From contig CAVRJA010000002.1 in NCBI GenBank assembly GCA_963721405.1, positions 115,580 to 179,579 on the forward strand: 64,000 nt of DNA. Reading direction: 5' to 3'. Source of the DNA: an uncultured Acidobacteriota bacterium (lineage in GTDB: Bacteria > Acidobacteriota > UBA6911). Within the stretch, counting starts at the first letter, position 1, and every line of letters begins with the position of its first letter. The translations under genes and the position numbers were made by a program. The notes beneath the pieces were generated by a model, which was not told the DNA's origin, searched no databases, and saw only the letters and a program-made list of their open reading frames with translations. Shown piece by piece: positions 28,102 to 36,650 of the stretch.

Positions 28102-29057
28102 CTTCCGGAGAGAGCCAGGCCCAGAGCCAGGTCCAACCCCTAACCCTCACGGCGTTTCCGAACATCCAGAAGCGTTACCGGTGGTGGATGGTTGTGAGCA
28201 CGATGGCCGCAATTTTGCTGGCCGTCGTACTTACCGTTTACGGTTGGGATTATTACACCCTCGATCAGGCGCACCGCCCTTTCTCGCCCAAACATGCCGT
28301 GCTGAAGCCGAGCGGCATCATCGGCCTCCGCCTCGGCATCCTTGGACTCGGAATCTTTGCAGTCATCTACCTTTACCCGCTGAGAAAGCGCTGGGCGGCC
28401 CTGGGAAGAATCGGAAAGACAAAAAACTGGCTGGACTTTCATGTGCTCATGGGTCTGATCGCTCCCATAGTCATCTGCTTCCATTCGTCCTTCAAGATCC
28501 ACGGGTTCGCCGGGATGGCTTTCTGGACCATGATCGGGCTGACTCTAAGCGGCATGGTGGGACGATACTTCTACGCGCAGATTCCACGCAGCCTGAGCGC
28601 CGCCGAGCTGTCGTTGAAAGAGATGCAGACGCTCAGCGCAGAGTTGATGGCCGAACTGAACACGCAAAACGTCTTGCCGGAATCAGCGGTCGTGCGATTG
28701 GTGCGTCTCCCTGAAGGCGCGCGCGTGCAATCCATGCCGCTCCTCAGGGCCCTGGTGGAGATGGCGTGGCTGGACCTCTCACGCCCGTTCAGGGTCTGGG
28801 CTCTCAGGCGCCACGCAACGGGAATGAGTGGAAGCATCCTCACCTTGGGGGGCATCCTGCACACCAGGCAGGCGTCGCTCGAGCGTGTGATTTCTCTGGC
28901 TTCAAAACAGGCAGCCTTGTCGAAACGGGTGTTGTTTCTGGCCAAGACTCACGAGGTGTTTCACCTCTGGCACGTCATTCATCGGCCTTTCAGCATCTCA
29001 TTCGCCATATTCGTCCTCATCCACGTGACGGTGGTGCTGTGGCTCGGCTACTACTGA
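28098..29057 (+). CDS. Five-TM membrane protein with two H-x13-H helices (ferric-reductase-domain / di-haem-b-like)
   Basis: TM3 is DFHVLMGLIAPIVICFH and TM5 is VIHRPFSISFAIFVLIH, each with His-13 residues-His. About 130 aa of soluble loop lies between TM4 and TM5. Confidence 0.7.
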   Translation: MTSGESQAQSQVQPLTLTAFPNIQKRYRWWMVVSTMAAILLAVVLTVYGWDYYTLDQAHRPFSPKHAVLKPSGIIGLRLGILGLGIFAVIYLYPLRKRWAALGRIGKTKNWLDFHVLMGLIAPIVICFHSSFKIHGFAGMAFWTMIGLTLSGMVGRYFYAQIPRSLSAAELSLKEMQTLSAELMAELNTQNVLPESAVVRLVRLPEGARVQSMPLLRALVEMAWLDLSRPFRVWALRRHATGMSGSILTLGGILHTRQASLERVISLASKQAALSKRVLFLAKTHEVFHLWHVIHRPFSISFAIFVLIHVTVVLWLGYY

Positions 29058-29090
29058 AGTCCCCGGATTCGCTATAGTCTGCGCCCTCAC

Positions 29091-30614
29091 TCATCGAGCG
29101 GCAATATCCGCCTGGGAAGTTGCCGGGATCCCTGTCTGACTGCCGCCAGGTTTTGCGATTACAAATATCTCCCCGCCTTCGCTGCAGACGTAGAAATCGC
29201 CGCCCTTAATCGCCAGACCGGTCGGGCGCACGAGGCCGGAGACCGAATGCGCCGCCACGACCGAGTGCCCGGCCAGATCAATCGTTATGAGCAGATTGTA
29301 GGCGGCACTCACGGCATGCAGCAGACCGTTTTCAACGGCAGCCCCGGTCACGAACAACTCGTCCAGCGAACGTTTATCGCCGCTGAACGTGATGCCCGAC
29401 GCGGCGGCAATCGCCGGCGCGAACTCTTCCGACAAAGTCAGATCGCGCCTGTCGAAGCGTGAGACCACCAGCCGTTTGAATTTTGAATTGGGCACCGTGA
29501 CGGTGTAGAGCGAATTCGCCGCCGGGTCGAACGCCAGCGACATCACGTACATCATGCGGGCGCGCACCGTGCCCAGGCGGGATCGCGACACTTCCTCAAA
29601 CCGGTCGAAAGACTCGAGAAAGTAGCGGAAGTTCTTGTCCGCGTCCGCCCCGTCTTTCTCGCTTAGAACCACGTAGCTCTTGTTTTCGCCCAGTGCCATT
29701 ACCGTCCGGCCGTCGAGAAACGCCGCGCCGGCAAACTTCCCGAGATCAATCGAGAAGCCGGGATCCACTATGGTATAGCGCAGGATGCGGGTCAGGGAGC
29801 CGTCGACGATGTAGACGCCATTTTGCGTGGTCAGGAGAAAGCGGTCGGTACCGGCGTCGTAAGCGAGGTCGGTCGCGGTTCCGCGAAGGGGCAGGTCCAG
29901 ACGCTTGCGCTCCTTGATCGAAAGTATCGGGAGGTTTGCCAGGGGGCCGGAGCCGGGATCAGCAGGCGCGGCGTCGACGGCAGGCTTTTCGATCGCCCAT
30001 CGACCGCGCAGCGAGATCGGAACCGGCGACCACTCGTCGAGAGACCAGACCCAGTGTTTCGGGTTGAACGAGAAACGAATGGGATCGCCCTGCCCCACGA
30101 AGGGGGGCGGGCCGGTGCTGGCGAATGCCTGGACGATGTTTCCGGCGATCACGACCAGAAACACTACCGTTGCGAGCCTTTCCGGCGGACGCAGCGACCG
30201 TGGCATCCCCGGGGCCTCAGTCCCCTTGAAAATCATGAGCAGCACGCCCATGGTCACGACGCATACCCAAAAAATGAATAGAGCCCAGGTATAGGTGTGC
30301 GCGCCCATGATCTCGGTGCTGAAGCCTTGTCCGACGTCGCGCGCCGCGTGCATCCCGGTGTGGCGCAGGCTCATGAAGACGCCCCAGCCGCCGACGAGCA
30401 CGGAAAGCCCGATGTATTTCGGCCGCGCGCCGTAGCGCAGCACGAAAAGGCCGATGAGCGCGATGATCGCCATTCCGGTGCGCTGTTCCCAGCACATCAC
30501 GCATGGCGAGTCGCCATAGACGAAACCCAGTAGAAAGACCGCGGTGCCGATCGGTACCACCGCCAGGACCAGCACCGCGAAGGCCAGAAAGGTATACACA
30601 CGATCACTTCTCAT
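29091..30614 (-). CDS. DsbB-family membrane thiol oxidoreductase fused to a ~330-aa beta-rich (propeller-like?) C-terminal domain
   Basis: The N-terminus has 4 TM helices with DSPCVMCWEQR, matching the DsbB PC-x-x-C..(E/Q)R motif. A fifth TM helix is followed by a long extracytoplasmic domain. RBS GGAGGGA. Confidence 0.75.
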   Translation of the reverse strand: MRSDRVYTFLAFAVLVLAVVPIGTAVFLLGFVYGDSPCVMCWEQRTGMAIIALIGLFVLRYGARPKYIGLSVLVGGWGVFMSLRHTGMHAARDVGQGFSTEIMGAHTYTWALFIFWVCVVTMGVLLMIFKGTEAPGMPRSLRPPERLATVVFLVVIAGNIVQAFASTGPPPFVGQGDPIRFSFNPKHWVWSLDEWSPVPISLRGRWAIEKPAVDAAPADPGSGPLANLPILSIKERKRLDLPLRGTATDLAYDAGTDRFLLTTQNGVYIVDGSLTRILRYTIVDPGFSIDLGKFAGAAFLDGRTVMALGENKSYVVLSEKDGADADKNFRYFLESFDRFEEVSRSRLGTVRARMMYVMSLAFDPAANSLYTVTVPNSKFKRLVVSRFDRRDLTLSEEFAPAIAAASGITFSGDKRSLDELFVTGAAVENGLLHAVSAAYNLLITIDLAGHSVVAAHSVSGLVRPTGLAIKGGDFYVCSEGGEIFVIAKPGGSQTGIPATSQADIAAR

Positions 30615-30644
30615 AAGATCCCTCCAACAAGTGCGTTCGCGGCC

Positions 30645-30812
30645 TCAATAATTGACCCCCGGCAGGATTGCTGTCCGGGTGGCGAGCAGAAACAGCGCCA
30701 CCATCAGCAACACGCTGACGACGAGCAGGCGGAACGCGAGACGCTCCTTGTCGGGCTCGCGCAGCAGGAGAAAGGCTATAAGGAAGATCAGAACGAAGTT
30801 CAGGAACTCCAT
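30645..30812 (-). CDS. 55-aa two-TM membrane protein upstream of the DsbB fusion; absent from the supplied ORF track because it is under 60 aa
   Basis: My own translation is MEFLNFVLIFLIAFLLLREPDKERLAFRLLVVSVLLMVALFLLATRTAILPGVNY*. GGAGGA lies 4-9 nt upstream of the ATG (30812). The stop is 30 nt before the DsbB-fusion ATG. Confidence 0.55.
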   Translation of the reverse strand: MEFLNFVLIFLIAFLLLREPDKERLAFRLLVVSVLLMVALFLLATRTAILPGVNY

Positions 30813-31081
30813 GGGCTCCTCCTATCTGGAGTTATCGGCGAGTCTAGAGTATCGTCGAAGACATCGGAGACCTCAAAAGAAAAAAGCATCGAATCCGGCG
30901 TGCCGCAGATGCGCAGCACGGGCCGGACGGGTGTCGCGCATTTGAGGGCTGTTTGCCGCCGGGAGATCCGTGTAGCCCGGAAACAGCAAAGCGTTGTAGA
31001 CTTGCGCCGGCAAAGACTGCAGCTCGTGCGCGGCGGGAGGGTCCCGTCGCGGCGGACGCTGCGCAGACACGGAGTCGACCC

Positions 31082-33157
31082 ATGAGACGGATGCTCCTAC
31101 CGGCAGTCCTCCTCAGCGTCACTGCGCTCCTGACGGTTCACGCCGACGAAGGCATGTGGACGTTTGATAACCCGCCCCGCCGGGTTCTGAAGGAACGGTA
31201 TTCATTCGATCCGCCGCAGGAGTGGTTTGATAACGTGCGGCTTTCGACGGCCAAGGTCGGCGACGGAGGCTCGGGGTCGTTCGTGTCGCCGGACGGGCTC
31301 ATTTTCACCAACCAGCACATAGGGCGCAGCCAGGTCACCAAGCTGTCCACTCCGGGCCGGGACTACATCAAAGACGGCTTTTACGCCTCTGCTCTCGAAC
31401 AGGAACTCAAGTGCCCCGACCTGGAGGTGAACGTCCTTGTTTCTTACGAGGATGTGACCGCCCGCGTTCAGGGGGCGGTGAACCCGGGGGCAACCGACGC
31501 CCAGGCCAACAGCCGGCGCCGGGCAGAAATGGCGGCCATCGAAAAGGAATGCGCCGGGAAGACGGGACTGAAGTGCGAGGTGGTAACGCTTTACAGCGGC
31601 GGTGAATACTGGTTGTACCGCAACAAGAGATACACCGACATCCGGCTGGTGTTCGCTCCCGAGGAGCAGATCGCCTATTTTGGCGGCGACTACGACAACT
31701 TCACGTACCCTCGTTACGATTTCGACATCACTTTTTTCCGCGCTTATGAAAACGGGCGCCCGGCGAAAGTCGAACACTTCCTGCGCTGGTCGCGAAGCGG
31801 GGCGAATGAAGGCGAACTGGTGTTTGTGCCCGGGTACCCGGGATCGACCGCGCGCCTCCTGACGATGGCGCAGCTGCGCTATCAGCGTGACCTGGGAAAT
31901 CCCCTGCAGATGCAGGTGTGGACCTCCCGCCGCGACACCCTGGTCCGGTACGCGGCCCACGGCGAGGAACAGGCGCGCAGGGCGTCCACATCCCGGTTGT
32001 CGCTCGAGAATTCGATCAAACGCCTGGTCGGCCAGCAGGAAGGCCTCCAGAACCCGGCGATGCTCAAGACGAAAGAAGCCGCGGAGGCGGACCTGCGAGC
32101 GAAAGTCGCCGCCAACCCGGAGTGGCAGAAGCTCTACGCTCCCGCCTGGTCGCGGATCGAAGCCGCCTATGCCCAAATGCCCGAGTATGCGAGGCGTCTT
32201 GCGTTCTCAAATTTGACCGCGTCCCGCCTGGCCGGATTCGCTTCCTCTTTTATCCGTTATGCGGAAGAGTTACCTAAGCCCAATGCGCAGCGCTACCCGG
32301 AGTTCACCGATGCGCGCATCGAATCTCTCAAGTCGAACCTGTTGTCCGCGGCCCCGGTGTACATGGATCTGGAAGAGGCGACCCTGACCGGGTGGCTCGA
32401 GGAAGGAGAGAAAATTCTCGGCGCCGCTGATCCGTTCATCAGGGCCGCCCTGGGGGCACAATCGGCTGCCGCCGCAGCGAAGCAGGCCATGGCCGGGACG
32501 AAACTCGCCGATGTGAGCTTCCGGAAGTCGCTCCTGGAAGGCGGGCCCGCGGCCATCCAGGCATCCCGGGACCCGTTGCTCGAGATGGCACGCAGGCTCG
32601 AGCCGGTCATCCGCGAGCTGCGTGCGTGGCAGGAAAACAACATCCAGAGTGTCGAGGCCGGAGCCGGCGAAAAGATCGCGAACGCCCGTTTTGCAGCCTA
32701 CGGCAAGTCGGTCTACCCGGATGCCAATTCGAACCTGAGGCTCGAGTTCGGCACCGTTCTGGGTTACGAGGAAGACACTACCCTCGTACCCTACAAGACT
32801 ACTTTCTATGGATTGTATGAGCGCGCCGCCGCATTCAACGAGAAACCGCCGTTCAATCTTCCGGCACGCTGGCGCGCAGGGCGCACCAAACTTGACCTCG
32901 CCACTCCGATGAACTTCGTCTACACGGCCGACACCATCGGCGGCAACTCCGGCAGCCCCGTCATCAACCGAAATGCCGAGATTGTCGGCATCAACTTTGA
33001 CAGCAATATCCAGAAACTGCCCAATCGTTACATGTACATCGACGAGCGCGAGGGCGCGCGGGCCGTGGGCGTGCACTCTGCAGGCATCCTCGAAGGTCTG
33101 TCAAAGTTGTACGGCGCCCAGCGGCTGGTGCAGGAACTGAGGGGGACTATGCGCTGA
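31082..33157 (+). CDS. Peptidase S46 (dipeptidyl-peptidase 7/11 family)
   Basis: Signal peptide then [31 protein letters not shown] (catalytic His region). Catalytic Ser in [22 protein letters not shown]. Confidence 0.9.
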   Translation: MRRMLLPAVLLSVTALLTVHADEGMWTFDNPPRRVLKERYSFDPPQEWFDNVRLSTAKVGDGGSGSFVSPDGLIFTNQHIGRSQVTKLSTPGRDYIKDGFYASALEQELKCPDLEVNVLVSYEDVTARVQGAVNPGATDAQANSRRRAEMAAIEKECAGKTGLKCEVVTLYSGGEYWLYRNKRYTDIRLVFAPEEQIAYFGGDYDNFTYPRYDFDITFFRAYENGRPAKVEHFLRWSRSGANEGELVFVPGYPGSTARLLTMAQLRYQRDLGNPLQMQVWTSRRDTLVRYAAHGEEQARRASTSRLSLENSIKRLVGQQEGLQNPAMLKTKEAAEADLRAKVAANPEWQKLYAPAWSRIEAAYAQMPEYARRLAFSNLTASRLAGFASSFIRYAEELPKPNAQRYPEFTDARIESLKSNLLSAAPVYMDLEEATLTGWLEEGEKILGAADPFIRAALGAQSAAAAAKQAMAGTKLADVSFRKSLLEGGPAAIQASRDPLLEMARRLEPVIRELRAWQENNIQSVEAGAGEKIANARFAAYGKSVYPDANSNLRLEFGTVLGYEEDTTLVPYKTTFYGLYERAAAFNEKPPFNLPARWRAGRTKLDLATPMNFVYTADTIGGNSGSPVINRNAEIVGINFDSNIQKLPNRYMYIDEREGARAVGVHSAGILEGLSKLYGAQRLVQELRGTMR

Positions 33158-33292
33158 GACCAGGACGTCTCGAAATCGCACCGCAGATGTGTCTTGATCC
33201 CCCGCATCCTGATTAAATGAGAAAAAAGGGATGCAAAATCGGGTTTGAGGGCTGTTTTCGTCGATGTTTTCTGGTTAATCTACTGAAACTAT

Positions 33293-34015
33293 TCACTTTG
33301 CGTCAGTCAGACCAGCGAGGAGGCGGTCGAGAAAGTCCTTGAGGGCGGGGTAAGGGATCGCACCATTGATGCGTTGTTCGCGGCCGGACTTGGTGCTGAT
33401 GAAGAAGGTGGGGGTGGAGGTGATACTGCGGCTTTCCGCGAGCAGCACCTCCTGTTGAACGGCGGCATCAATCGCGGGATCACCCGCCATCCGCACTACA
33501 CGCATCAACTGCGTCGGGTTCAACGCCTTTGACAGGGCGGGCTCGAAATTTCCGTTGGCGGACCACTGCTCCTGATTCTTGTAAAACTCGTCAGTCACCC
33601 GCAGCCATTCCTCCCGGCCGAGACGGGCGGCCGCAAGTGCCAGACGGGCGGCAGGCCGGGCGAATTGATGCATCTCCAACGGCAGATCATGGTAGACCAC
33701 GCTGACCTTTTGCGTCCCCGCGTAGTCCGCGACGATGGGCTTCACAGTCTCGAGGTAAAATTCCTTGCAGCGCGGGCACTGATAATCCGAAAACACTTCG
33801 ATTCGCACCAGGGATCCCGGTTCGCCGCCGAGGTAGAGTTCCTCCTGCCCGCTGCCGGCCGCCGGCGGCGGCACGAGCCGGACGCCCGGCGGGGTGACCG
33901 CTGCCTTGTCCGCAGGCCGGTCGTTCCGGCATCCGGCCACCGCCCAGGTCAGGAAAATAATCGGGATCACCCACAAAAGCCGGTTCCGGCGCTTCGCGGT
34001 CTCTGCCATTTCCAT
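33293..34015 (-). CDS. DsbA-like thioredoxin-fold lipoprotein
   Basis: Lipobox WAVAGC, active site CPRC (FSDYQCPRCKEF), and TPTFFI (cis-Pro loop region). Confidence 0.8.
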   Translation of the reverse strand: MEMAETAKRRNRLLWVIPIIFLTWAVAGCRNDRPADKAAVTPPGVRLVPPPAAGSGQEELYLGGEPGSLVRIEVFSDYQCPRCKEFYLETVKPIVADYAGTQKVSVVYHDLPLEMHQFARPAARLALAAARLGREEWLRVTDEFYKNQEQWSANGNFEPALSKALNPTQLMRVVRMAGDPAIDAAVQQEVLLAESRSITSTPTFFISTKSGREQRINGAIPYPALKDFLDRLLAGLTDAK

Positions 34016-34313
34016 ATCCTCCGGCGTCCCCCTTTCGCGGGCACCTAACGATAATCTGACCTGATGCTACATCCTTTCACGTCCCCGAACAAACGGGGAA
34101 TCGTCGTTCCCGTCCGAGCCGGGGATTTACCAGGGAAATCTATCAATTACCCCATAGATTAGCGGACACCGCGGACAGTTGAGTGTATCCTTTGCGTTCC
34201 TTGGGACCATTGCGGTTCGAAGTTCGTTGTGGAGGAGGGACTGGTCGAAGCGGCCGATGCAGGGGGCGCCCGCCGCATCTGGAACCCCGGCTCGCATGCG
34301 ATTGGAGGGCGGC

Positions 34314-34586
34314 TCAGCTGTCGATGTGGACGGAATCCACGATGCCCACAATGACCGAGATGACGCAGGCGTCGGGATTCCCGAGCACCTGGCGAGCGCC
34401 GTTCCCTTCGCGATTCACGAGCACTGTGTCGCCGACTCCCGCCTGCGTGTTGTCGAGGGCGATGAAATCCGCATCGGGCGATTCATCTTCGAGCCCCAGC
34501 GGCTGCACCACCAGCAAGCGGCGGTTCTTGTAATCCCGGTGGCCGATGGTCGTCACCACGGTGCCCACTACTCTTGCCAGTATCAT
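34314..34586 (-). CDS. BMC-P pentameric vertex protein (EutN/CcmL/PduN family), copy 3
   Basis: MILARVVGTVVTT...RRLLVVQPL...ALDNTQAGVGDTVLV..G..AR... Confidence 0.9.
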   Translation of the reverse strand: MILARVVGTVVTTIGHRDYKNRRLLVVQPLGLEDESPDADFIALDNTQAGVGDTVLVNREGNGARQVLGNPDACVISVIVGIVDSVHIDS

Positions 34587-34595
34587 CGCCGGCTC

Positions 34596-34916
34596 TTACG
34601 CATAGTTGTTCCAGCCGCGTTTCATGACCAGATCGAACATATGGTCGGGGTGGACGCACAATTCATCGACGACTCCCACCAGCGCCAGGTCGACGGGCAC
34701 AAACTTCACATCGGGCATCGCGAGGGCCGCTTCGCGCGATCGCACCATTAAACAGAGATCTCCAGTGCCGGCGTCCACGACGTCCGCCGCCACCTGGAGC
34801 GGTCCCGCCGGCTCCATTTTCTTGTTCAGCGGCTGTACCACCAGCAGTTTCAACCCCTCGGTGCCCGGGTACTTGATGGTGCAGACTGCCGTTCCCCTGA
34901 CTCTGCCGAACAACAT
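34596..34916 (-). CDS. BMC-P vertex protein (EutN/CcmL family), copy 2, with a C-terminal extension
   Basis: MLFGRVRGTAVCTIKYPGTEGLKLLVVQPL...AADVVDAGTGDLCLMVRSREAA... Confidence 0.85.
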   Translation of the reverse strand: MLFGRVRGTAVCTIKYPGTEGLKLLVVQPLNKKMEPAGPLQVAADVVDAGTGDLCLMVRSREAALAMPDVKFVPVDLALVGVVDELCVHPDHMFDLVMKRGWNNYA

Positions 34917-34921
34917 ATAAG

Positions 34922-35317
34922 CTATTTCATTCCCGTACTTTTCAGTACGCGTTTTATGATCACATCCAGCAGGTTCGCATCGACTTGCGTTCCGAGTCGG
35001 GCCGCCACCGCATCGCGTATGTGCTGCTGCAATTCGCTCCCTTCGTCCTTGCCTGCCTCAGGACAGCCCTGAGAAGGCGCACCCGGGAGGGCGCCCACCG
35101 GAGAGGCGGAGGGCGCCGCCGGCATTTTTGAAATGTAGGGGCGAACCGGGGCGGCGGGCGGCGTGTCCGGCTTGTCGTGCACCAGTTTCATCCCTTTCGA
35201 TCGGGCTTTCTCGTATGCCAGTTCGGTCAGTACGACCCTGTCGTTGAGTTCCAGCGACAGGATGCCGCGCTTGACCATGTCCTCAATGTCTTTCTCGGTA
35301 TAAAACTCTCTGGGCAT
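34922..35317 (-). CDS. BMC-locus protein of unknown function: folded N-terminal module, Pro/Ala linker and C-terminal amphipathic helix
   Basis: The ATG at 35317 follows AGGAG. MPREFYTEKDIEDMVKRGILSLELNDRVVLTELAYEKARSKGMKLV, then PDTPPAAPVRP...PAAPSASP, then ELQQHIRDAVAARLGTQVDANLLDVIIKRVLKS. Confidence 0.65.
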   Translation of the reverse strand: MPREFYTEKDIEDMVKRGILSLELNDRVVLTELAYEKARSKGMKLVHDKPDTPPAAPVRPYISKMPAAPSASPVGALPGAPSQGCPEAGKDEGSELQQHIRDAVAARLGTQVDANLLDVIIKRVLKSTGMK

Positions 35318-35351
35318 ATACACTCCTGGCCAAATCTCTTCGGAATTCGCA

Positions 35352-35981
35352 TCAGGCGCCGGCTCGACCCGGCAGGCTTTCCAGCGCCTGGACGGCCGCA
35401 TTCCTGGCCGTCAGGATCTCAGCCTCCGTCCCGGAGAGCCACAAGCGGCCGAATCTCCCCACGGACGACACATGAACAATCTTGATGCTCGCGGTCTTTT
35501 CCGCCTCGTTGCAGGCGAAATTAATGTAGGCCGCGGGGGCGCATTCCAGCACCAGCATCGTTTCCCCGGGGACGAGCATGCTGCCGCGGCGGAACCGGTT
35601 CAGCAACTGCGCCTGGTACGGATCGATGCGGGTGATGACCTGGGTGGAAACTACCAGCGGCCTGATTCGGTCTTCAACGCTGAGGCCGAGACGGTCAAGA
35701 ACCACGCTTCCTGCCTCGAGAACAGAGGCCTGGCTGAGCGAGTGCACCTCGAACATGCCGAATTCCCGCTCGACGATCTGCGCACCCGGCCTGGCCTCTG
35801 TCGCCTTCACGGCAATATCCACCACGCGGAACACCTCGTTTCCCGGGGCCATCTCCACGTAAAGAGCCGCCATCCCTTCGGTCGGCAGGTCCCCCTGGGT
35901 CACGGTGCCGATGAACGCGGCGAATTGCGGTTGCATGCGGTCGAGGTAGCAGTAACAGCGCAGCGAAAGAGCTTCACCCAT
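35352..35981 (-). CDS. BMC-T tandem-domain shell protein
   Basis: About 209 aa with two BMC-like halves (..ALYVEMAPGNEVFRVVDIAVKATEARPG.. and ..MLVLECAPAAYINFACNEAEKTASIKIV..). Confidence 0.75.
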   Translation of the reverse strand: MGEALSLRCYCYLDRMQPQFAAFIGTVTQGDLPTEGMAALYVEMAPGNEVFRVVDIAVKATEARPGAQIVEREFGMFEVHSLSQASVLEAGSVVLDRLGLSVEDRIRPLVVSTQVITRIDPYQAQLLNRFRRGSMLVPGETMLVLECAPAAYINFACNEAEKTASIKIVHVSSVGRFGRLWLSGTEAEILTARNAAVQALESLPGRAGA

Positions 35982-36017
35982 GATCTGACTCCATTCAGCA
36001 CTATTGACTTGTGTCGT

Positions 36018-36236
36018 TCAATGCCATTCCCCGGCCAGAGGCAACCCAGTCCCGTCCAGCACGACGAGCACGAGATAAGCGGTCCCCAGATCCACCCCCA
36101 CTCTCAGCTTCCGTCCCGCCTCGAGCTTCAAAGGCGGAGCGGTCTCCGAAAGTTGTCGGGGAAGGATCGAGACCTCCGCGCGAGTCAGGTACCGGGCGAG
36201 GCTCATGCCTGCCGGCAAGCGTCCGTTCGTCGTCAC
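36018..36236 (-). pseudogene. EutJ-like (actin/Hsp70-fold ATPase) N-terminal remnant
   Basis: ...KLRVGVDLGTAYLVLVVLDGTGLPLAGEWH* carries only the phosphate-1 motif. A full EutJ is about 280 aa by my recollection. The next gene starts 36 nt downstream, so the remainder is deleted. Start is GTG. Confidence 0.45.
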
Positions 36237-36278
36237 AACTGCACCCCGGAATTTTCCACAAGTCTGAATGCCGGCCGG

Positions 36279-36605
36279 CTACTTGCCTTCCGGACTGCGG
36301 CCGCCGATGGTCCCCTTGCTGCTCTTCGGCAGGATCATCTCCACGTCGGAGTGCGGCCGCGGAATGACGTGCACGGAAGTCAGCTCGCCGACACGCTTGG
36401 CAGCCGCTGCGCCGGCGTCAGTCGCGGCTTTGACGGCGCCGACATCCCCGCGCACCATCACGGTCACGTAGCCGCCGCCCACATACTCCGAGCCGATCAG
36501 GACCACGTTCGCGGCCTTGACCATCGCGTCCGCAGCCTCGATGGCGCCGACCAACCCGCGTGTCTCCACCATTCCAAGAGCGATCACAGAACTGTCGAAT
36601 GCCAT
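36279..36605 (-). CDS. BMC-H hexameric shell protein (PduA/EutM/CcmK family)
   Basis: [30 protein letters not shown]...[23 protein letters not shown]. The ATG at 36605 follows AGGAAGGAAG; the alternative ATG at 36629 would add 8 aa. Confidence 0.9.
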   Translation of the reverse strand: MAFDSSVIALGMVETRGLVGAIEAADAMVKAANVVLIGSEYVGGGYVTVMVRGDVGAVKAATDAGAAAAKRVGELTSVHVIPRPHSDVEMILPKSSKGTIGGRSPEGK

Positions 36606-36650
36606 GTCTTCCTTCCTTTCATTAGTCAATGACTTCCCTGCACTTCATGA

